This document shows positions 27,801 to 39,800 of a stretch of DNA of 64,000 nt, in pieces. Both the position numbers and the translations under genes were made by a program. Where the stretch lies: the NCBI GenBank assembly GCA_977030845.1, contig OZ365113.1:13516001-13580000 (forward strand), written 5' to 3'. Below the pieces are notes generated by a model. It was given only the letters and a program-made list of their open reading frames with translations. It did not search any database and had not been told where the DNA came from. Every line of letters starts with the position of its first letter. Within the stretch, counting starts at the first letter, position 1. Source of the stretch: Fimbriosthenelais zetlandica (taxonomy: Eukaryota).

Positions 27801-30800
27801 ATGGTACTACTTGACGACGCCATAGGTATAAGCACATTAGTAAGATTGTCTGAATGAGAGGTGACAGTACTCTCAGCACACTTGGTTTCTTTAGCCGGAG
27901 AGGCTTCAGACGAGTCTATAGGGGAGGTGAGAATACTGTCACTACTGTGAGAGACTGGGTGCCAGTCGTCACTGACCCCAGCACTACAGTATCTTTGTAC
28001 TTCTTGTTCTGATGTTGAGGATTCCACCTCGCCCCTTTTAATATCTTCCTCTTGTATAACAGGCTTTGAAAGTCCTCTGTCACACTCAGGAACCCCCAAC
28101 TCAACTTGCTCGTCTGTACATTGAGATCGATTAGAATCATCGCACAATACCTCTTTACAATGGTCTTGGCTACTAGCCAGGAGCGGGTGGCTCCCAGAAG
28201 TTGTCTCTTCATTGTCCCCACCCTGTGACAGAGCCAACTTAGGGCTCGTTTCATTCATATTTACAGGTTCACATCCAAAATCTGGATTGTGACAAGCACC
28301 CTGGCCTTCCTCAAAGCTCGTGTCCATTTCACTGCTAGAATTGAGTTCTTTACTGGTTTTGTCGTCCACTATATTATCCATGGCAGGAGTTGTAGTTGGT
28401 CTGCCCGGCGACCGGCCTGGAGATGCCTGCTCCACACTGGCCTCATCTCCATATTTGTCTGGAGACTCCACCTTGACAGATGCCTCTTGTTTGAGAGCTA
28501 CATGACTGACAGATGCTTCTGATTGTGACAACCTATGGAGAGACTGCTTATCAGCTTGTTCTTCATCGACACATGACCCAGGCTCCACTTTGAAAGAGTC
28601 CAGAGTTTTGGGTTTTGAGGGATGGCCGATGAGTCCTAACGATGGGAACGAACTAGCAGCTTGTACTAGAGGCACCTCAGGTTTGAGCTCTATCTTGTAC
28701 CCAGGTTCAGGAAGCGTCTTCTCCACGCTGGGTACAGTACTGGTGAAGTTATGTGAGTCCTCCTGCCTTTGTCTTTCTGCTTGGATAGCTAACTGAGTCA
28801 GCATCTCCAAACCCCTCGTGGGTTTCATGCTGTCGCTTCCCAACCTGCTTCTTAAGATATCTTCTGGTCGCGAGTCCTCAGTGTCTGTGTCCACCTCACT
28901 ACGGTAGTCGCTTCGCCCACTTTCATGTCTTTCTCGAGTTAATGAGCTACATGACGGTGTTAGCAGTAGCTCAGATGTTGAGGGGTATGCAGCTTTCTCT
29001 TCACCAAGTCCCTGCAAAATGACAACAATTGTCAATTGTAGGAACAAATGTTCTTTGAACTTCATATGACAATATTATTTCTCCTTTTAGCAGAACAAAG
29101 AAATTGTGATTTAATAAATATTCGCAATCTGTATCAAATAGCAAAGTACACCCACAACCAACACACAGTACACTCTTATCATCAATTTACAAACCATTTT
29201 TTGAACAACAGAGGCAACATATATCATTAACAGTGTGTATATATGTTGCTTACTTCGAAGAGCGGACTGTTGGTGAGACCTTGCACCGTAGATGAGAAGT
29301 GCGTCCTGAAACCATTGAGACCCCGGTTTTCACCTTCCTCCACTTTGAGGGAGTTATAGGTCGCAGGGTCCTCTCTGGCCATGTCCTGTATTTGGATGTC
29401 GGCCATGACGGGGGTGGGTGTGGACGGAGTTGGCGGATAGGGAGGGGTCTCCATCGATATGGATTCCCTTGCTAACCGTCGCTTCTTCAGAGGTGTTACA
29501 AAGTCAGCTGAAAAAAACGGGAACAATTCAAAACATTTTTTTAAAATTCATGGCATTGATTTATGAATTTGCAACTTATCACTTCAAATGTCAATGTCAT
29601 GCTTTAAAATTCCGATTGAATAGCGTTAATTAAAACATCCGTTATGTAATAATGAGCTGCAAGAGGTGAAGCCCATGGTCAATTATGCAACTAACCGTGG
29701 GATCATACATTTCCCATGATGATAATTTATGACGGTGACTTGTCAATTTATGACTTCAAATGTCCTACTTTAACGTACCCATTGCATAGCGATAATTAAA
29801 ACATGCGTTAAGTAATAATGATCTGCAATTTAAGGTGAAGGCCATGGTCAATCATACAACTAACCTAAATTATGGGCGACTTGAGGTGATGCTCCCGGGC
29901 TGTTGGTGGAAGAGTTTGGGTTGGGACTCATACCTCCATTAGGTACGGGTGACATGGACCCACTCGGTGACTGCTGAGCCCCGGGTTGACCTGTTGTGCT
30001 TTCAAACATTGCTTGTCGAAGCCATCGCTGTAGAGAAATAGAAAGTACTTTAATTTTACTTTTTCAGATACAACAAAATATGTCACGTTTTTGACAGTGA
30101 CAGTGTGATCGTGACGTACTGTATCACAGTCAAGTGTCAATTTTTCGTCACGAAGAACCTTTTGAGAACTTCCTGTTTTATTAAATCTCTAGTTCAACTT
30201 GTTAATAGGCGACAATTTCTGTTAGCTGTACATATTTAATTTCAGGATATCCCTATCAAATTATTATCAATCGATTCGCCCACGCATCACCGGCACATCA
30301 ATTTCATAATGGCAACGGAGGCTTGTTCAACATTTCAACATATGTAGTCGTTGATAATGGACAAGACGGATATGGCCACTTTACACGACATGTCTAATCA
30401 CCAGCTTTATCTTATACAGTAGTTCTAAGATATCCATAACATCACCACTCGTAAATTTCCCATGATAGTATTGAATGAAAAATAATACAAAATCAATTTT
30501 AAATATTGAGTTGGTCAATGAATGGTAAGATGGAATTAAGTGATCTGAATTCCATTATAATTAAGTCATAATTAATTTAAAAACATGGATTCATAGAGTG
30601 GGATGGATACATGATGCACATTGTCATTGATTTTGAGATCAATGTTAGGATCTTGTAATCAATGTAACACGGAAGTATGAGTAGTGTAGGTAGCGTAATG
30701 AGAGGGGTGGGTCGTGCATTGAGGCACGCCTACCACTGATAATCACTCCCCTCTATACCGACATCCGGTATACAACAGCAGGGGGCTTTACTACATTTCC

Positions 30801-33800
30801 GGGCTGACTTATACAACCCTACCTCTACCCGACTCACATCAGGCCCTCTCCTATCTCCCTCTCACTTTCGCAACATACAACCCTATATTCAACCACAAGT
30901 CAAAAGGGTTTCTGGGAATAGTCCTTATGGTTTACGGGGGTTTTCCCCCAAATGTATCCACCCGTTAATGATCAAAAATAGGGGTTAAATGATTCAACTC
31001 GGGACCTTACCCTATGGTTACTGGTAGAGAGTACATCGAAACACCACCAAATTAAGTTAATTTTATTTCATTAAATTACAGTTTTTAGGACTTCAGATTC
31101 AGTGAAAATCTTGAATTCTTTTCACAAGCTGCAGATATCAGTTAGTATATAAATATACGATGCCTCATCCAAGCACATCATTGGATCATTTTACATCATG
31201 TGGGATGTAGGTTGTTTCCGAGTAAGTCAGCAGCAGGGGTTGGGGTTAACCGTATCTGGCGGGGTTAAAACAAACACCCCAGGTGTGGTGAGCACAGGGT
31301 GGATGAAGCGTAAGTAATCTGGTTAGCCGTTAAACCATGACTCAGACCTCACATCTGAGGGATCTATCAGTGCTCAACACCTGAGCTGGGTATTGATAGA
31401 ATTAGCTGGCTCAGCCCCCCACCGCATCCCACTTCCTCCTCCCCTCCCCTCCCCTCCCCACCGCTCCCCGCCTCTCACCCACGAGGAGCCAGCGCTGAGT
31501 CAGACGGCCACCTAGGATTTCTAGCAGTAACTAAACCAGTGATACCAGACCGCCCGTGTGTATAGTGTTAGCGTTTCTCACCAGGTGGTGGTAGTGTGGT
31601 GGAGAAGGGAAAACACCACAAAATGACGTAATAGTATTCATGTGGGTGAGTACCTCCATGTACCACTCAACATAATTCATTTATGTTAATTAAAGGCGTT
31701 ACATTAAATTTTAGGCGCTAAATTTCATTTTTTAATAGAGGAAAGAATGACTAAATTAATTTCAGCTAGCTAAGAAATTTTGAAAAGGTTTGTTTCATCC
31801 CAGGCGTGGATCCGTGATTTAAGAAAAGGGGGTGACCGAAAAGGGGATATTTTCTCAAACTTGTTCAAAAACATTTTTCTCCTTATTTAAACTTAAAAGG
31901 ATTAATGTGACATCAACATACCTTTTTCGCAGATCCCAGATTGCAATCGAGTTGTACGGGGGAAGGTGTATTAAAGTTTTTCTGAGTGTGAGTGCCGGAG
32001 AAGGAGGAGCGTCGGAGATGGCTGAGGGGGGTGGCGTGGGGACTGGGCACACATTTGACAAACTCTGTGCTCCTCTCTGGTGTCTCACTGGCCACATTCA
32101 CCTCTAGCGCATCTGTCTTAATGGTGAGAGGCTTCTGTAGGTCTTGTGCCTTCTCACTCAACCACTCGTTCATCATATGCTGCAAGATGAGACAATCAGT
32201 TATTAATATTTACCCAAATATTTCATCAGTTACATAATAAGTTTATGTGTTAAATTACTCAACCAAAAATTAGTTATTTATCTTATCACCTTCTTATAGT
32301 TTGTTGGAGCTATAAAAAATAAGAAGGTGCAAGGCATATTTCTCTTTGAAAACCGATAAGGTTTGCATAGGGCTATTTCTCCTATCCTCCTGTATATAAA
32401 TAGATTAAATAAAAAAAAAACCCACCTTCTTGGTTTTGGGGAACCTGAAGGCTTTCCCCTGTAATCCACCAGATGGCGTAGAGGGCGTGTTGAGGTTCTG
32501 GCTGGTGTCACAGAGTGACGGTGGCGCCGAGGCGGGTGTTTGTGGAGCTAGCTGGTTACTACTCTCATCAGCTGAAGAGGGCGGGTCAGCTGTACTGCTA
32601 TAACCACTAGCACTACTGTTAACGCGGCTCCCCCTGTCAACAACAAATCACATATTAATTCATTATATTCAATTTCCCTACACTCGAATTCATCTCACTT
32701 AATTCAAAAATAGTCCTTGAAGCAATCGGCAAATGGTATTTTCTTTTTAGAGATCTGCTTTAGACATGGAGTGAAATATAATCGCAAGTTTCCCAAAAGA
32801 ACTCACCTCCTTTGTGCCATTGCATGTTTGCTTTTCTTCTTCCTAAATTAATGAAAATACAATTTGTTAGATCAGTGTAAAAGATGCAAAAAATGAACAT
32901 TTTTCCATGAGATTATTCCCGAAATAATTGCAATAAGAGGGGACTATCGACTTTGACGTTCACTCTTTGACTTACATTTTCAGTTTTGGTATCGAATCTG
33001 CAGCTGGCAGAACACACTTTTCTGTTTCTTCAGCAGTGTCTTCCTTCTCCTGTAACGATAAAACAAAATTATGGTATTTCCATATTTCTCAGAAATTGTG
33101 ACATTCAGAAATATTTAAATTAATTTACAGATAGCTGTGTCCAGGTCTGTATATTTAACAGCCTGTATATAACATGTAATTACAAGAACAATAGGAGTAT
33201 AGCTTACCGGGGCAGATTTGCTACATGTATCTTTGCCTTCCCTCGTCTCCTTTTCTGGTCGTTCGGGCTTCTTGGCATGTTCTAATCGAGCTAATGCCTC
33301 TTTTCTCCTTTCCTCCCGTTTCTCGAGCTTCTCAAATGCCTTCATGATGGCTTCCATCTTCCTTTCTTCACGAGTCTAACAAAGGGATAGATAATAGAGC
33401 ATATTACCAGTTTAGCAAGAAAAAAAATTAGATGGCTGTAGACTCGGTAGAATCGAGTAGATATGTACCTAAATGGTAAATCAGTTCAGGAGCATAATCT
33501 CAGTAAAATCACTAAAACAAGTGAGCAGAGAAATTATTAATTCGAGTACAACTAATGCTTATACCACACTCTGTTACTGACCCCAGGTCGTGTCAACTAC
33601 CAACTACAAACGACCTTATTCAACAGGAGAATCGGGAATTTTGTCTGATAATAATAATAATAATTTCCTAACTAATAATTTTATTCTAACTTACCATTTT
33701 CTTTCTGCGTTCAGCAGCTGCAGACTCATCCTCACTCTCTACAGCATTAGAGCCCGGGGAGAGAGGAGTGAGCGGTATAGACTTCACTTCCTCCATTCGG

Positions 33801-36800
33801 TCGTCATCTTTATTAGTTGTTGATTTCCGCCTTAACTCGCGTGATTCCTGGAATGGAATTCATAAATGTAACATCATAAACATTTCACAGAACTAAATAG
33901 AAGGGTATAGAAGAAGTCATCTCTCGAGAAAGTGTAAATCATTATCATCAAATTAAGGCAAGTTACTTACGTCTTTAATTTTAGAGACTGGTTCAACGGT
34001 CATGGAGGCAAGGCGCCTGCGTTTGAGTGGAGGAGCGGCTGACTTGTTGGTGTCCGACAGGGCTGTAGATGTAGATGTGGTGGTGGGGGTCGGGGTCGGG
34101 GTGTGGGTGGGGGAGGGGAGTGGCGGGCTGGTGACGGTCTGTAGGCATGTGTTAGCCTTGTTTGTACCAACACTCACATTACTATTACTCTCCTCGGCTG
34201 ACGGATCCCCAGATATAGACGATCGCTTCTCACGCTGAGATAAACGAGCTGATCGTTTCTTCTTACTTTGTTTACTGAAATTAACGTTGAAATTTAACAT
34301 TAAAATATATATACAATGGATTACTAAAAATTACGTAATTCCATATATCATGTGTCTGTCGATCCAAAGAAACTTGACACGAAAGAGTTCCCCGAGTTAT
34401 AAGATAAAACTTACCTTTCCTCTTTCCTTTGATAAAATTTTACAACTGGACAGGATGGTCTTGAGCAGGCACATTCTACATCGTAATTGCTGGAATAGAT
34501 TATATATTTATTTTCAATCTCATGGTCCATGTAAAGAGGTCATTCTATAAATTATTTCTAGTCTAGATAGTTCTAATCTAGACAGAAGTAAGATTCAAAT
34601 CATAAAGATAGCGTATGAAACCAATCATAGATAGCAAATGAAACAATTCCAGGAATTTACCTCTCTTGGTAGTCGAAGTCAAAAGGAATGGTAATTTCAG
34701 CACCCTTGGAAATGTTCCTTTGGGAGTAAATGAAGAATAGGACATTCCCGTTTTGTACCATATGCAGGACCTGAAATACAAGTACCAAGTGTTAAATCAT
34801 CTATAAATGTAGTATTAAACTTCTCAGGCTTTAGTACCCTGGTGGGTTCATGCCATATTATCTACAGTATCTCGTACAATCAACAACATTTACCTTAGCG
34901 TTTGGAGTACAAGATCTTCGTATATACCGCGCATCGTTCCCATAAGATTCAGCATTTACACACAGGTCAAGATTCTCAAAGTCCGAGTAGAAGAGCACAA
35001 ATGGCTGGAGTCTGTAAGAGGGATAGCATCATTAGTCATTTTAACACAAAATCACAAATCATCTACCAAATAATGTATACATAAAGGTGGAAGAAGTCCA
35101 AGTACAAAATTTACCTTCTGAAGAATATATTCTCCTTGTCATACTGTTCCCGCAGCATGACTTTGCCTGTATACTCAATAATGGCGAGGTCGGACTTCAA
35201 ATCTTCTGTAGCTTCCAATCCCTGGAGACAAAGGAAAATTAATAAACCATCCATTAGTACATCCTATTATAGTTTAAAATTAGTAGACATATTGTCTAAA
35301 ATTATTCAAAGTCATATTTTTAAAATTAAAATAGTGTCCCTCACCTTGCAATTTTTGTTCACCTGAGCAACTCTACACAGCTGGGCCAGCAGCTGGAGGC
35401 CGGGTTTGGATTCACCAGAATCAGGCTGAAAAATAAAACAAATCCCATATATTAAATTTCTATTAATTTCAGAACTATGATTCTGACTTCTAATATACAA
35501 CTGGCAATAATTTGAAATTAATCAGTGGCACTTCGAGAAAAGTCCCAACTTACATGTTGGCCATTAAGTTTCTTGGTGGCAAGTATCTGTACGATATCCT
35601 GCGTGTACTGGTTGGATTTAGCCACCTCGTACCCTTCAGGTAAATGACTATCCCAGGAATCGAGCGCATTCTCGTTTAGATTTAGTGAAGATATAGGTTT
35701 TCCTTGGGGGGATTTCGCCGGTGATTTCGGCGCGGTCCTTATAGGGGATTTCACTGGTGACTTGAGGGAAGTCTTTATAGGAGATTTAACTGGGGACTTG
35801 ATCGGGGATTTAGGGCTTCGTAATGGCGACTTTGCCCCCAGTGCCTTCGCTATTGGGGACTTGACACCTGTCTTGATGGGAGACTTGGGCGACTTTAAGG
35901 AGTTCTGAAAAACAGAAAATTCAGTTTTCATCAACTGACCAATTGAGAATAACACAATTTACTCCCACATAATCTCTCTAAAAGCAATCATTTACTAATC
36001 ACTGATCTTCCCTACTTCCATTAAGAAATAGTTAATTTCTTACCCGTCTAATGGGTCGCTTGGTAGACGTGGTAGACGCAGTAAGAGAGGTAGGCGATGT
36101 ATCAGATCCCTGTAATTTGGGAGGAGTGCTCCCTGGGTTGCTGTCATCTGGATCTTTTTTGGGAGCGGTTGGACCGTCTGGGGTGCTCCCTGGTTGGCTT
36201 TGGCCAGGTGAGGTGGTTAATAACTTGGGCCGCTGAAAAGATCAAAGTAAAAGGTGAGTATGTGTGGGTTACATGAACTTACATTGGATCATTTGGTGGT
36301 CCTCATTGAGATAGGTTTCATGGCCGTCATCTTAACCTACCTTTCTGTTCTTTTGCAACGGCGTCGCCTTTTCTTTCAACTTCTTATCTTTTTTCAACTT
36401 CTTGGCTTTCTTGGCGTTAGCCTTGGTCACTTTCTCCCTCTCTTTTTTCTTCTTCCCCTTGGATTTCTTTAATCTGTCCCGTCCTGGGTTAATGCCCAAA
36501 CGTATCGTCTCATCTTCTGTTTCAGTACTCGAATCGATGGCATATAGTACTACAATCAAACGGTTAAAATATATTAAAAATAAAATACATTTAGCAATAT
36601 GCACCTCATTATATATTGTTAAATACGCCATAGATCATTGTCGGCTACCATTGGGGTTACATGTATGTACACTTACTTTTGGCTAGTTCTTCTCTCTTTT
36701 TAATCTGTATTTCCCGAGCCTTTGGTTTATCCACTTCACGGGGTTCACATTTCTCACATAAGTATTTGTCTGGGATGCTGTTTCGATCTATACCCATACA

Positions 36801-39800
36801 CACTATGTGCTGCCAGACGCTGAAAGTAACAATTATGTCATCATGAGTTCAGGATTAATTCCAGCAAACATTACTTGTATGAAAATTAGAAAGCTTCTTA
36901 TGGCGAAAAACTTGGTTAAACAATTCGTGACATATTCATTATACTTTTATATCATGTTTAGTTCCATGAGAAAATATCTCATATTCCCAGACGTTCTAAA
37001 TATTACGTTCTGAAATTCTGATAATGAGTGAGATTCTATCTTAGCTGTGTATAATGCTGGGCCTCGGTATGTAAGGCCATGATCAATATGATGTAACTTA
37101 CCTGCATTTGTCGCAGCAGATCATGTAGCCGTCATCATGTTCGAAGTCGCACACACACCTTGTAATGCTGTCGTCAGGCGTGTAGATGGGTTCATCAGGA
37201 AGCAGGCTCGTCCTCACCTCAGTGTTGTTAGATACGTTCTCAATGTCAATGTGCCCGTTAACTTTGATGGTTGGCTGAGGAGGGGGCGACGCCGGCGGGG
37301 TCGGTGGTGGAGGTGCAACATAGTTATGGTCCTGGAATAGATAAAGATATAGAAAAAATTAATATCATGATAACACAGCACTTTACCTACTACTAGGGCT
37401 CATTCCATAATGGCCAAAGAAGGAAGAGGTTATGGAATGGACCACGGGTCCAAAGTGACCGACATGTCATATTAAAGATTTATATTTACAGTAATAGGGG
37501 TCAACATAAATTAATTTCATTTTCCTATAAAAACTGTCTGCTTGGTCTATTCACCAAATCCAGGGCTCGCATAATAACTTGTAACAGAGTCAGGTACACG
37601 CACACCTCGGTCTAAGAATGTATCTCATATAATGTAATTAAATCCAAGTAATGATGCGGAAGGAGAGGTCAGTAATATCCGGATATTGAACAGGCGGGGA
37701 GAAAGGCCTAATCACAGAGTGCAGCTAGATTCCCCCGCGTGTTATTCGGGCACACCTGTCACTCACTGACATTTTAGCAACTTTGAATTTTATGGAAAAT
37801 GCCGTAATTGAGGCGTTAATTAAATCAGGTTGGACCAAATTTCTAAGAAAAGGGCTATTCATTAATTTATATGTTATTGATTCATCAAGCATTATATTAG
37901 TAGTGCTATATACTAGTTGGCATTTTTGAAGCAGGAATGCTCAATCTTTCCTTTTGGATGATGATGGTGGCGTTTGGGGCGCAGGGGGTATTAGTAGTAT
38001 CACTTATTTTTCCCGAGGGAATATCCAATTAAGACAAAGTTATTATCACACCTGTTAAATTAGATGAGCAAAGAAGAACATTTATTCAATCATACTTGGG
38101 GATCGGTTGTACAGTGAATTAGTTATGAACCGTTTAGAGCCTTGGAAATCTTGGCTGAGTAGCCCAGCTTGTACCTGTGTTTTGATTGGCAGACAATTCT
38201 GGGTATTTATATTTGCTCTCCCAGCGAGCGTATTGACCAGGCATTTATCCCGAGCAAAGACCAACAGCTTTAAAGCCTTCTAGTCCATACATGTATTCAA
38301 TCTTGTTTAAAAGATGGGTGCATATTACCAACTATTATTCAACTTTAGGTTAGGATTTATGCCCCTTGCCTTTGACACCTTGATTTGTAGATAAACTCGC
38401 ATTCAGAATGTCTACAGAATCAATAAATTCTTAGGTTCTGCTAATAACAGTCACTTTCAGTGCAAACACATAAGGTTATTGCTTAGGGAAAGAACCACTA
38501 TCGATCATCGGTCGAGTTTCTACCCTCCTGACCCGCATAGTCTGCAGTGTTCAGGGCAGTGGAACATGAACACTATGAAAAATTTACAGAAAATGGATTA
38601 ATCTTGCACGCCATATGCTCCCGCCGCGAATCAATGGTTCCCTTTACCAGCATAAAAATGGAAAATATATGGGCAAGTCTGGTATCGGGTTTGTATCAGT
38701 ATACCTATGACTAATCAGGTATAACCTGACTATGTGTATAGGCTATAGTATAGGGAAGAATACTGCGCCGTAGTAAGCTATCATTTACACAACTTCTTCA
38801 AGGTTCAAAGGAAGGTCCTTAAAGTTGTCGATAATATCCAATCAATGGACTCATAACTGGATGATAAGAATATTAATCATTATACAAACATGACTGAGAA
38901 CGTTTTGGTTTTGGTTTGGATCTGATAAAATGTCATCACCAAGGAGCCATATGATGACTATGTGTTAAAACACCACCAAAAAACAGATAAGGTAATCTTA
39001 TCAGTTCATCAACCTGAAGGTGGGCCATTATCATCTAAGTGAAAATCATTAGTTACTACCTTCACTAACTAATATTGAATAAAGCAACGAGAATGAAACA
39101 AGTAGAAAAGTTCGTTAGTACTACAGTACATGTAGTAACTTTCGCTCAGTTGTTTTATCGGGTATAACTATATTGTTACCCACGTTTTAATGGCACTTTG
39201 TACATTGTACACTTCATTGCACACGCTTGTGAAGTGTATTGTACATTCTAAAGGATTAATACATAATCGCTCCATTTACATTGACGGCTATCCACGACCT
39301 TTTCATCAACTACCCTTCCCCAGTCACCCTATCACCCCTAATTCAACATAGAGCCAATTACACCTCCACCTCCCATAGAGCAGTAATCAGACCCCTTGTT
39401 CTCAGCCCATTCATTAAGTGACATATCTGTGACATGTACCTTAATCACATACTATTACACCTACAGGTGTAAGCCTGTTGGACAGACACTATATTAGGCC
39501 ATATGATATACCTGCCAATGGTACTACTGAGACTGAAGCCAATGTTGAGTGCTCGGTATTGGTGGAGTTAACTGTAGAGGATAGCAATTAAAATGTTAAA
39601 TATATCAAACTTAGCTCACCATTTTTCCACACTGGTTACAGGAGTATGCCACCACAGTACTCCCAAATTCATGATGAGTACAATCTAACATCTGGTCAAA
39701 GAAATTAGCACTCAAGTTTCTCCGATGTCTATGACATCATATGCATTATGAGACGAATACAAACAGCCACAAGGAACTTCCAGATATTTTTCTCGTCACA

